Positions 7,280 to 17,381 of a stretch of 64,000 nucleotides of DNA are shown one piece after another. A model generated the notes under the pieces. That model saw nothing but the letters and a program-made list of their open reading frames with translations. It was not told the origin of the DNA and did no database searches. The stretch spans positions 875,673 to 939,672 of the forward strand of contig CAWFMP010000002.1 of assembly GCA_963816965.1 (NCBI GenBank), given 5' to 3'. Origin of the DNA: an uncultured delta proteobacterium. Its GTDB lineage: Bacteria > Myxococcota_A > Polyangia > Palsa-1104. Within the stretch, counting starts at the first letter, position 1. Each line of letters begins with the position of its first letter. Both the position numbers and the translations under genes were made by a program.

Positions 7280-9907
7280 ATGGGCAACGCCTCGCACAAC
7301 TTCTACGAAGTCCTCGGGATCGATCGCGCCGCCGACGAGCGGGCGATCAAGAAGGCCTACTTCGCGCTGGTGCGCAAGTTCCCGCCGGAGACGCACCCCG
7401 AGGAGTTCCAGCGCATCCGCGAAGCGTACGAGGTGTTGGCCAATCCGCACTCGCGCGCCGACTACGACGCGGTCAACCAGTACGATCAGTACGGCGCCGA
7501 GGTCTCGGCGCACCTGAAGGCCGGCACCGAGGCGATGGAGCACGGCGACTGGCCGCGCGCGCAGGCGGAGCTGATCGCGGTGCTCGAGCAGCAGCCGCAG
7601 CTGCACTTCGCGCGCGACCTGCTCGGCATGGCCTACCTGAACGCGCACCGCCCGGCGGACGCGATGCGCGAGTTCAAGCGGCTCGTCGAGGCCGAGGCGG
7701 GCAACCCCGTCTATCACCTGCACCAGGGCTACGCCCATTATGCGCAGAACCAATACGCGCCTGCGCTCGACTGCTATCGAGAGGCGCGCAAGCTCGACCC
7801 GTCGGACACGCGCTCGCTCGTCGCCACCGCCGACTGCCTGGTGGCGCAGAAGCAGTACGAGCCGGCGCTGTTGGAGCTCGACCGCGCCATCGGGCTCGAC
7901 GGGCAGGTCGACTTCAACGACTTCGTGTTCTTCATGCGCAAGGTGCAGATCCAGCTCCTGCGCGACCGCGGCGATCTCGCCGAGCAGGAGCTCGATCAGA
8001 TCTTCAAGATCCTGCCCGACGACGCCGAGACCAAGAAGTACGTGGCCACGCGCCTGGCGTCGCTGGCGTCGGATCTGTTCGCCATGAAGCGCTCGGCCGA
8101 CGCCAACCGCCTGCTCGGGCGCTGCCGCAAGCTCGACCCTTCGCGCAAGTCGATGGAGTACACCTTCCCCGCGCGCACCAGGCTGCGCATCGACGCGCTG
8201 CCGGAGGCGTCGCGCAAGTGGCTGGCCAGGCGCGCCACCGAGCCGGGGCCGGGCAAGCTCAAGCACAACGCCAAGGCGGGGCCGGTGCTGCTCTTGCTGC
8301 TCGCCATCGGCGTGCAGCTCGCCGCGCTCAACGCCGGGTTCAACACCCGGCGCGCCTGGGACGGCGAGGAGCGCGCCCTCATGTTCCTGCTCCTCGTCGC
8401 GGCGCCGCTGCTCTTCGCGCTGGCGCTGCGGCGCATGCGCCGCGTCTCGCGCTCTCCCTACGGCAAGTACACGGCGCTGCATCCCTGCCACCTGTTGCAG
8501 GTGGAGATCGACCGGCTGACGGTGTGGCCGTTGGTCAACCTGCACGACGTGTCGCTCACGCACCACTCGACCAACGGCGTCTACTCGCACACCATGTGCC
8601 GGCTCAACTTCGCCGGCACCGTTTGCAACATCACCATCCGCGGGCAGCAGGCGGCGGTCGATTGGGCCAACCTCGTGCTCGAGCAGCGGCGCAAGGTGCT
8701 CGACCTCATGAGCGTGGGGCTGCTCGAGGCCGAGGAGGGCTTCGACCTGGTGCCGCCGGCGTTGCTGCAGCCGGGCAAGGCGGGGCCGCCGGCGCCGAAG
8801 GACCCGTCGGCGCGCAAGTGGTACCTCGTGGCCGCCGGCCTCGGGGTGGTCATGTTCTCCGCCGCCGTCCCGCTCAACGTCGGCGCCGCCGAGCGCTACG
8901 CCTGGACCTCGGTGTCGCGCTATCCGACCCTGCCCGGGTACCGCGACTACATCGCCGCCTTCCCGTCGGGCGCACACGCCTCCGAGGCCAGGCTGCGCAT
9001 CGACGAGGCGTACGAGCGCGCCATCGCGCAGTACCAGGCGCGCGCGGGCTCGACCTCGGCGGGCTCGAGGGCGATCGTGGCCGTCCTGCACGCGCTGGAG
9101 GCGGCGGGCGGTCCGGCGGTCAACGTCACCTACGCGCCGCAGATCGACTTCAGCGCCGTCCGCGCCTTCCCCGATCGGGGGATCATCGACGCCGAGCCGG
9201 CGTTCACGCCCGCGCAGAACAAGGCGCGCGAGCACAGCATCACCTCGGCCCTGCGCGAGGCGTTCGGCAACGTCGTCGGCTACGACGTCCTCGACTTCGA
9301 CGACGGCGTCTCCTCGTACGCGTACGACTACGAGAATCGGCGGCCGCACGCGCGCACCAGGGGGCCGATCACCTTCGCCATCCAATATCGGGTCGGGCCG
9401 TCGGGCACGGTCTACGAGTCGACCACGGGCACGGCGCGCAAGTTCTACGGCATCCTGTTCGACTGGCAGCTCGCCATCACCGACGAGAAGGGTGTGGAGC
9501 TGTACAAGACGCAGCTGTCCTCGGCGCCGGCCAAGAACATCCGCTACACGACCAGCGGCTACGTGCCGAGCGACATCCTGCCCTACACGAAGATGGCGGA
9601 GTCGGCGTTCAGCGAGTTCGGGCGCAAGCTGGCGGGGGACTTCGGCATCAGCATTGCCAAGCCGGCCGACGCCGATTTCGCCGACGATGCGCCGCCGCCG
9701 CCGCCGCCGTCGGCTGCCACGACGGCGTCGCTGCCGGCTTCGCCGCCGACCGCGGCGGCGCCCGCGCCGCCTTCGCGCGCCGCCATCCCGGGCTACAGCC
9801 CCGAGCTGCAGAAGGCGCTCGACGACATCGCCAGGCACGGTCGGATGTCGGACGAAACGCGGCGCCTGCTGCTCGACCTGCAGAACAAGCAGCGACCGCA
9901 GCGGTGA
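7280..9907 (+). CDS. J-domain (DnaJ-like) co-chaperone with TPR repeats, three predicted TM helices and Pro-rich C-terminal region
   Basis: J domain NFYEVLGIDRAADERAIKKAYFALVRKFPPETHPEEFQRIREAYEVL with HPE in place of canonical HPD; AAGGA SD 6 nt before ATG 7280 (alternative GTG 7265 overlaps upstream stop); hydrophobic segments at aa ~335-400 and ~520. Confidence 0.85.
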   Translation: MGNASHNFYEVLGIDRAADERAIKKAYFALVRKFPPETHPEEFQRIREAYEVLANPHSRADYDAVNQYDQYGAEVSAHLKAGTEAMEHGDWPRAQAELIAVLEQQPQLHFARDLLGMAYLNAHRPADAMREFKRLVEAEAGNPVYHLHQGYAHYAQNQYAPALDCYREARKLDPSDTRSLVATADCLVAQKQYEPALLELDRAIGLDGQVDFNDFVFFMRKVQIQLLRDRGDLAEQELDQIFKILPDDAETKKYVATRLASLASDLFAMKRSADANRLLGRCRKLDPSRKSMEYTFPARTRLRIDALPEASRKWLARRATEPGPGKLKHNAKAGPVLLLLLAIGVQLAALNAGFNTRRAWDGEERALMFLLLVAAPLLFALALRRMRRVSRSPYGKYTALHPCHLLQVEIDRLTVWPLVNLHDVSLTHHSTNGVYSHTMCRLNFAGTVCNITIRGQQAAVDWANLVLEQRRKVLDLMSVGLLEAEEGFDLVPPALLQPGKAGPPAPKDPSARKWYLVAAGLGVVMFSAAVPLNVGAAERYAWTSVSRYPTLPGYRDYIAAFPSGAHASEARLRIDEAYERAIAQYQARAGSTSAGSRAIVAVLHALEAAGGPAVNVTYAPQIDFSAVRAFPDRGIIDAEPAFTPAQNKAREHSITSALREAFGNVVGYDVLDFDDGVSSYAYDYENRRPHARTRGPITFAIQYRVGPSGTVYESTTGTARKFYGILFDWQLAITDEKGVELYKTQLSSAPAKNIRYTTSGYVPSDILPYTKMAESAFSEFGRKLAGDFGISIAKPADADFADDAPPPPPPSAATTASLPASPPTAAAPAPPSRAAIPGYSPELQKALDDIARHGRMSDETRRLLLDLQNKQRPQR

Positions 9908-10392
9908 CCGCGAGGCTCCTCGTCGTCGGCAACTCCGGCTCGGGGAAGTCGAGCTACGCCCGGCGCGTGGCCACGGCCGGCGGCGCCACCTACCTCGCGC
10001 TCGACTCGATCGTGTGGGAGCCGCACCAGATCGGCGTCGAACGGCCGCAGGCGGACGTGCGCGCCGATCTGGCGGCGTTCCTCGCCGCCCACGAGCGCTG
10101 GGTCATCGAGGGGTGCTACGGCGAGCTCATCGCGTGCGCGCTTCCGGCCTGCTCCCGGCTGCTGTTCCTGAATCCGGGGCTGGCCGCGTGCCTGGCCAAC
10201 AATCGGCGCCGGCCGTGGGAGCCGCACAAGTACGACTCGCCGGACGATCAGGCGCGCCTGCTGCCGAACCTGCAGGCCTGGGTCGAGAGCTACTACACGC
10301 GCACGGACCCATGGTCGTACGCGTACCATCGGCGGCTGTTCGACGGCTTCGACGGCGACAAGCGCGAGATCCGCGACCTCGGCGAGCTCTAG
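9904..10392 (+). CDS. small P-loop NTPase / nucleotide kinase-like protein
   Basis: 162 aa; Walker A LLVVGNSGSGKSS; GTG start overlaps J-protein stop (GTGA); last gene of the coupled operon. Confidence 0.75.
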   Translation: MTARLLVVGNSGSGKSSYARRVATAGGATYLALDSIVWEPHQIGVERPQADVRADLAAFLAAHERWVIEGCYGELIACALPACSRLLFLNPGLAACLANNRRRPWEPHKYDSPDDQARLLPNLQAWVESYYTRTDPWSYAYHRRLFDGFDGDKREIRDLGEL

Positions 10393-10558
10393 CAGGGTGT
10401 TGAAGAACTCGCTCCGCGTCGCCGCGCTTGGTCTTTTCGGCAATCGCTTCGTTGCTCCTCGGTCAGTTCCCGAAGGGGAGCTTCCCTCGTCGCGCCTCGC
10501 GCTTCGCGAAAATCCACGTCGCGCGGCTCGGTCCGGAGTTCTTCAACACCCTGCTAGG
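10389..10558. repeat. MITE-like element B1 with perfect 22-bp terminal inverted repeats (CTAGCAGGGTGTTGAAGAACTC)
   Basis: 170 bp; begins on the stop codon of the P-loop gene; internal GC-rich stem; could double as terminator. Confidence 0.7.
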
Positions 10559-10650
10559 CTCTGACGATTCATCACATCTCGGTTCGAGCTCTACGAAGGG
10601 TTCGGCCTTCAAACCGCGTCGCATCGAGAGCGCGCCAAAACGCCACCTCC

Positions 10651-10768
10651 GGCCCCACGCACGCTGCCCCGCTGAGCTCGAACAGTCCTCGCCACCGGAC
10701 TGCTGTGCTCGATTCTGCCCCTTGCCTGTGCTGCGGAACTCGCCCAGCGGGGCAGTGTGCGTGGGGCC
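10651..10768. repeat. family A MITE-like element, copy 2
   Basis: Same 27-bp TIR architecture with a few substitutions. Confidence 0.8.
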
Positions 10769-10970
10769 TCAGTGCTCGCGTGAAAGCCCAGACCCGCTGC
10801 TGCAGCTTCGTCCGGGTCCCTGGACGCCGTTTTCCCAAGAGCCCATAGAGCGGGCGGTCGTCGGCGCCGTCTTGACGGGCGTCGAGGAGCGCTCGTCGCG
10901 AAGCGACGTTGCCGGCGACGAGTCCGAGGGCCCGGACGTGCCGCCGGCCTGTAAGGCCGCCGGCGTAGCG

Positions 10971-11041
10971 GCCCCTCGGCGCCAACCGGCGACACCGCTC
11001 CCGCCCGCGGCCCCTCGGCGCCAACCGGCGACACCGCTCCC
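10971..11041. repeat. direct tandem repeat, 39-bp unit x ~1.8 (GCCCCTCGGCGCCAACCGGCGACACCGCTCCCGCCCGCG)
   Basis: Seen directly in the sequence; non-coding region. Confidence 0.7.
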
Positions 11042-11117
11042 CATGGCGTGGCGTTTGGGCGCGATCACGAGGCGACGCGGTTCGTTCAATCAAATGCGGA
11101 GACGTGATGAATCGTGA

Positions 11118-11319
11118 GAGCTCTAACCCCAGGGTTCGCTTCGATTGACCTGCTGCGGACGATCCGCGCGGTCGCCTCGAGGACTACGTCCTCGCTCCCT
11201 CGGTCGAAATACCGACGGGTATTCCTCGGTCGGTTGCTCCGGTCGCATCCACGATCCGCCTCACGCGGCTGGCCCTCGCCAGCTCAACCGAAGCGAACCC
11301 TGGGGTTAGGCTAGAGCTC
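11118..11319. repeat. MITE-like element B2 with ~26-bp terminal inverted repeats (GAGCTCTAACCCCAGGGTTCGCTTCG)
   Basis: ~200 bp; abuts stop codon of the GNAT gene; shares the GAGCTCTA/TAGGCT end motif with B1. Confidence 0.7.
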
Positions 11320-11808
11320 CTCGCGGAGGATGCCGAAGAGCCACTCGTCGACGAAGCGGCCGCGCTTGCGCACGGCGCGGCGGATGGTGCCCTCGAGCGT
11401 GAAGCGGTTCTTCTCGAAGACGCGGCGCGAGGCGACGTTGCCGACGAAGACGGTGGCCTCGAGCTTGGCCAGGCCGACGCGCTCGAACGCAAAGCGCGTC
11501 GCCAGGCGCACGGCTTCGGTGCCGTAACCGCGGCCGTGGTGCGCATGGCCGATCCACAAGCCCATGTCGCCGCGGAAGTCGTTCTCGGGCCGCACGTCGA
11601 GCGTGCCCACGGGCTCGTCGCCGGCGACGATGGCGAACATGTGCAACTCGCCGCGCGCGACCCTGCTCGAGCGATCGCCGATCGCCTCCCGAAAGTCGTC
11701 GAGCGACTCGGGGCCGTCCCACTGGAGCGTGTCGGAAACGTCGGTGCCGGCGACCAGCGGGTAGAGCCGGTCAGCGTCTTCGGCGCGGATGGGGCGCAGG
11801 GTAATCAC
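11311..11808 (-). CDS. GNAT family N-acetyltransferase (RimJ/RimL-like)
   Basis: 165 aa; acetyl-CoA-binding motif region HHGRGYGTEAVRLATRFAFE. Confidence 0.85.
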   Translation of the reverse strand: MITLRPIRAEDADRLYPLVAGTDVSDTLQWDGPESLDDFREAIGDRSSRVARGELHMFAIVAGDEPVGTLDVRPENDFRGDMGLWIGHAHHGRGYGTEAVRLATRFAFERVGLAKLEATVFVGNVASRRVFEKNRFTLEGTIRRAVRKRGRFVDEWLFGILREEL

Positions 11809-11863
11809 GCTGCGATTGTATCAGGCGGCGGCCCTGCCGGGCAGGCGGCGCCGGGCGGAGCGG

Positions 11864-13053
<1,190 letters not shown>

Positions 13054-14463
13054 CGTTCGCTTCCTAGGCGCGCTTCGCGCCAGGTACTCGATGAGATCGA
13101 TCTTGGTGATGACGCCGACGAGATCGTCGCGCTCGAGCACGCACACCAGCTTGGCGTCGTTGAAGATGTTCTTGCAGCAGCTGGATCTTGGTCTGCGGCG
13201 TCACCGTCGCGTAGTCGGCCTCGACCAGATCGTCGATCGGCGACGTCCAGTCGACCCCGGCTGCGTCGAGCAGGTAGTTCGAGCAGATCGATCTCGCGTC
13301 ACCAGGCCCGACAGGCGCCCGCTGCTCCAGCACCGGCATCTGCGAGATGCCGTGCTCCTTGAGCAGGCCGATCACCGTCGCGCAGCGTGTCGCCGCGCTT
13401 GGCGGTGATGATGCGCGCGCTGCGTGCTTCGTGCGCGAGCAGGTCGCGCACCGTGCCCAGCGGATCCTCCTCGTCGAGGAAGCCGTTCTCGCGCATCCAC
13501 TCGTCGTCGAAGATCTTCGACAGGTACTTCTGCGCCGCAGTCGGGCAGGAGCACCAGGATGTTCTTCTTGTCGTCGCCGAGCTGCTCGGCGTACTTGATG
13601 GCGCCCGCCACCGCCGCGCCGCACGAGCCGCCGCAGAACAGCCCCTCCTGCGCGCACCAGCTCGCGCGTCATGCAGGAAGCACTCCTTGTCGTCGACGCG
13701 CATGATCTCGTCGATGATCTTGAGGTTCATCGTCGCCGGGCAGGAAGTCCTCGCCGATGCCCTCGACGTAGTAGGTGAACGGCTTGGTCATGCGGCCGGT
13801 CTTGACGTACTCGTAGTAGAGCGAGCCGATCGGATCGACGCCCACCACCTGGAAGCCCGGCTTCTTCTCCTTGAAGTAGCTTGCCGCAGCCCGAGATCGT
13901 GCCGCCGGTGCCCATGCCGGCGACGAAGACGTCGATCTCGCCGCCGGTCTGCTCCCAGATCTCCGGGCGCCGTCGAGACGTAGTGCGCCTCGGGGTTGGC
14001 CGGGTTGTGGTACTGGTTCGCGTGGAACGAGTTCGGCGTCTCCTCGACGAGCCGCTTGGTCACCTCGTAGTAGCTGCGCGGATCCTCGGGCTCGACGGCG
14101 GTCGGGCAGATGACCACCTTGGCGCCGAACGCGCGCAGGCCGGCGATCTTCTCGTTCGACATCTTGTCGGGCATGACGAAGATGCACTTGTAGCCGCGCA
14201 TCGCGGCCACCAGCGCCAGCCCGACGCCGGTGTTGCCGCTGACGTCGCCTCGACGATCGTGCCGCCCGGCCCGAGCAGCCCGCGCCGCTCGGCGTCGCGG
14301 ACGATGTTGCATCGCCACGCGGTCCTTCATCGAGCCGCCCGGGTTCAGGTACTCGAGCTTGACGTAGATGTCGCTCTTGACGTGCGCGGCGACCTTGTTG
14401 AGCTTGACGATCGGCGTGTGAGCCGATGGCGTCGAGGACGGTGGCGCGAGCGCCTTTCATCAT
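13054..14463 (-). pseudogene. cystathionine beta-synthase (PLP domain + CBS pair), reading frame broken several times
   Basis: [101 protein letters not shown] and C-terminal CBS-domain segment [15 protein letters not shown] lie in alternating frames; two compensating shifts only ~80 nt apart near 14200-14290. Confidence 0.7.
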
Positions 14464-14503
14464 GTGCGATCGGGTATCACGATTGCGCCGCGATGTTAAG
14501 CAG

Positions 14504-15553
14504 ATGCCGGTGCGAGCCGGGGGCTCGTGCTACCGTAACGGCGTGGCCGACCACCTCCTCGACGTCCTCGACGCGGCCTACCGCCTCGACGGTGACGACC
14601 GGCAGTGGCTCGATCGGATCGCGCGCTCCGTGCAGCGGCAGATCGACCCCCGCCGCACCGGCGTCGTGTCCTTCCTCTATTCGCTGTCCAGCGACGGCAG
14701 GGTCACGCCCTCGAACGTGCTCAGCTACGACGTGCCCGAGCCCTACGGCGCCATCCTGGGCCAGATTCCGCTGGCGCTGCCGCCCTGGTACGTGCGGGAG
14801 ACCTTCGCGCAGCATCCGTGCGGCTCGGCGGTGCACACCGGCACGGAGCAGGCGCGGGCGCTGGCCCGCATGCAGATGCGCGAGGCGTTCGGCGCCATCG
14901 GCTGGCGCGATCTGTTCGTCGTCAACGGGCTCGACCCCACCGGCTTCGGCGTCTACGTGGCGGCGATGCGCCGGACGGCGAAGGCGCCGCCGCGGCCGCT
15001 GTGCACGCGCTGGACCCGGCTGGCCGTGCACCTGGCGGCGGCGTGGCGCCTGCGCCGCACCCTGCGCGACGTCGGCGCGCGCTCGGCCGACTCCGCCGAG
15101 GCGGTGCTGGCGCCCGACGGCCGCGTGGCGCACGCCAGCGAGGCGGCGCGTACCCGTCAGGCGCGCCTGGCCCTGGCCGCGGCGGCGCGCACCATCGATC
15201 GCGCGCGCACGCGGCGCGGCCGCCGCCAGGCCGATCGCGTCGTCGCCGAGTGGACCGGGCTCATCGAGGCGCGCTGGACCCTGGTCGATCACTTCGAGGC
15301 CGACGGCAAGCGCTGGCTCCTGGCGCGGCGTAACGACGTCGCCGGCGTCGGCGAGGCGGCGCTGAGCCCGCGCGAGCTGCAGGCGGTCGCCTTCGCCGCG
15401 CTGGGCCACGCCAACAAGCTGATCGCGTACGAGATGGGCATCGCCGCCGAGACGGTGCGCGTGCTCCTGCACCGCGCCGCGCGCAAGCTGGGCGCGCGCG
15501 ACCGCGAGGAGCTCATCACCCGCGCGCGCCTGCAGTTTACGCCGACCTTGTAA
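14504..15553 (+). CDS. LuxR-family transcriptional regulator (C-terminal HTH)
   Basis: C-terminal LSPRELQAVAFAALGHANKLIAYEMGIAAETVRVLLHRAARKLG; N-terminal domain unassigned; start chosen at ATG 14504 after upstream gene end. Confidence 0.7.
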   Translation: MPVRAGGSCYRNGVADHLLDVLDAAYRLDGDDRQWLDRIARSVQRQIDPRRTGVVSFLYSLSSDGRVTPSNVLSYDVPEPYGAILGQIPLALPPWYVRETFAQHPCGSAVHTGTEQARALARMQMREAFGAIGWRDLFVVNGLDPTGFGVYVAAMRRTAKAPPRPLCTRWTRLAVHLAAAWRLRRTLRDVGARSADSAEAVLAPDGRVAHASEAARTRQARLALAAAARTIDRARTRRGRRQADRVVAEWTGLIEARWTLVDHFEADGKRWLLARRNDVAGVGEAALSPRELQAVAFAALGHANKLIAYEMGIAAETVRVLLHRAARKLGARDREELITRARLQFTPTL

Positions 15554-15703
15554 ACGAATTTTTACTACGCCGCGGTGCGTCTTCCGGCCTACCCTTTTCG
15601 GGCGGAGGGGGCCGTCGTCGGCGGCACGAGGGGAGCCGCCGACGGCGGGCGAGGGGTTGGCTCAGCCGAGCTGGATCCAGGATCCGGCGAGCGGGATCAT
15701 CCC

Positions 15704-15946
15704 CTACAGCGGCCGGTAGTCCGTCGGTGGCGGCGGTCCGTAGGACTCGCAGGCGATGCACAGGTTCTGCAACGCCACGCTGGCGATCGCCCAGCTCGCG
15801 CTCGTCGAGTACCCGGCCGAGACGCGGGTGATGCCGACGCTCTCGAGCTTGCGTGCCGCGGTCAGCGGCTCGCTAGCCTCGGCCCGCGACGACGTCGCCA
15901 GGCAGCAACAGAGGAGCGCCCACGCGATGCGATGCGAGCTGCGCAT
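15704..15946 (-). CDS. small secreted hypothetical protein
   Basis: 80 aa with clear signal peptide MRSSHRIAWALLCCCLATSSRAEA; no homology recognised. Confidence 0.35.
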   Translation of the reverse strand: MRSSHRIAWALLCCCLATSSRAEASEPLTAARKLESVGITRVSAGYSTSASWAIASVALQNLCIACESYGPPPPTDYRPL

Positions 15947-16027
15947 GCCCCGTCGAGGAGCAACCGGCGTGCCCGGCCCGAAGTGTGCGGAAGGTCGTGG
16001 AGCGGCGGGGAAGCTTCGACAGCGCGG

Positions 16028-16525
16028 CTACAGCTCTTCGTCGCTCTTCTGCTCGCCGAACAGGTGCGCCATCGCCTTCTCCTCGATGACGTCCTGCATG
16101 CGCGCGCCGCCGTAGCGGGCCACGATGCGGTCGTCGTACTCGTCGGCGACCAGGGCGATGTCGTGCACCGTCGCCACCAGCTCCTTGACGTCCATCGAGT
16201 CGCCGCCCAGGATCGAGTGGCCGAACATCACCAGGTTCCCGTCGGGGATGAAGGCGAAGGCGCCGAAGCGGAGCTGCCCGTTCAAGATGAGCAGCTGGCG
16301 GAACAGCGAGGGCTCGGCGTTGACGCCCGCCACCACCTGCGCCACCACGCGCACCAGCGCGCGCTCGTTCAGCTTGCCCTTCGGCCCCGACGGCACGACG
16401 CTGATCATGACGTAGCTCGACCCCTGCTTGACGACGTAGAGGCGCTCGTCGACCTTGCGGTAGGCGGGGCTCTTGCCGAGCGTCTTCTCGATGGCGGTGC
16501 AGCTCGTGGCGACGGCGTTGGACAT
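16028..16525 (-). CDS. YbjN-domain protein (putative sensory-transduction regulator fold)
   Basis: 165 aa; overall resemblance to YbjN/T3SS-chaperone-like family. Confidence 0.65.
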   Translation of the reverse strand: MSNAVATSCTAIEKTLGKSPAYRKVDERLYVVKQGSSYVMISVVPSGPKGKLNERALVRVVAQVVAGVNAEPSLFRQLLILNGQLRFGAFAFIPDGNLVMFGHSILGGDSMDVKELVATVHDIALVADEYDDRIVARYGGARMQDVIEEKAMAHLFGEQKSDEEL

Positions 16526-16592
16526 GGTTGCAAGACGCTAGCACGCGGGCCCGCCGGCTGTCAGCAGGCAGCTCTGGGGCGGCGCGCGCCCT

Positions 16593-17360
16593 TCAGAAGC
16601 CGCGGGCCGTCGGCGGCAGCGGCTCGGGCCGGGACCACTCCTTGACGTCGCGGCTCGAGCGCACGAACGACGCCGCGCCCGGCGCCCACAGGGTCACGCC
16701 CACCACGCCGAGGGTGACGCCGAGAAAGCCCCAGCCGATCTCGGTGGCGGTGTCGAGCGAGACGTCGGTCAGCGCCCAGGAGAAGACGCCGATGCCGGCG
16801 ACGCTCATGGGCACCCCGATCGCCATGAGCACGATCGCGCGCGTGCGCCGCGCCTTGGCCTCTCGCAGCCGCACCTCGCGGGAAGCCTGCGGCGGCGGCG
16901 CGTAGTACGGCGGTTGATAATACGGCTGGCGATAGGCCGGCGGCGCCCCGACGGGCTGCGCCGGCGGCACCGGCTGCGCCGGGCGGGTCGTCGGCGCCGG
17001 CGGGGGCGGCAGATCCTGGCGCTTGCGATCGCTCTCGGCGCGCTCGTGCAGCTTCGCCTGGAACTGGCGATCGTCGTCGCTGGTAGGGGCGCCGGCGAGC
17101 TCGAAGTACTTGTCGAACGCGAGCGCCGCCTCTTGATAGCGGCCGAGCCGCTCGTAGGTGGCGCCGATGTTGTAATACAGGTTCGGCGCCGGCAGGATCG
17201 TGTTGGCGCGCTGATAGGCCGACAGCGCCCGTTCGTAGTCGCCGCGCTCGAACGCGGCCTTGCCCTCGGCGAAGGCCTGCTTGGCGTCATCGATGGGCGC
17301 GGCGCGGGCGGGCAACGCCCACAGCACGGCGAGCAGGGCCAGGGCGCGTGCGATCATTGT
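16593..17360 (-). CDS. secreted TPR-repeat protein with Pro/Tyr-rich linker and C-terminal membrane anchor
   Basis: Signal peptide MIARALALLAVLWALPARAAP; TPR-like AYQRANTILPAPNLYYNIGATYERLGRYQEAALAF; C-terminal hydrophobic helices; the remainder of the long antisense ORF to 19193 is spurious. Confidence 0.7.
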   Translation of the reverse strand, partial: TMIARALALLAVLWALPARAAPIDDAKQAFAEGKAAFERGDYERALSAYQRANTILPAPNLYYNIGATYERLGRYQEAALAFDKYFELAGAPTSDDDRQFQAKLHERAESDRKRQDLPPPPAPTTRPAQPVPPAQPVGAPPAYRQPYYQPPYYAPPPQASREVRLREAKARRTRAIVLMAIGVPMSVAGIGVFSWALTDVSLDTATEIGWGFLGVTLGVVGVTLWAPGAASFVRSSRDVKEWSRPEPLPPTARGF

Positions 17361-17381
17361 CACACCCGTAGTTAACCGCGA

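Noticed and set aside
7076-9838. 920-aa minus-strand ORF antisense to the J-domain gene
   Set aside because: Low-complexity antisense artefact; plus strand has J domain, TPRs and TM helices.
10428-11117. 229-aa plus ORF and overlapping minus ORFs inside the repeat island
   Set aside because: Translations are low-complexity and span MITE-like elements and tandem repeats; no start context or homology.
15575-16645. 356-aa plus-strand ORF
   Set aside because: Antisense to the YbjN-like gene and low complexity; no signal or motifs.
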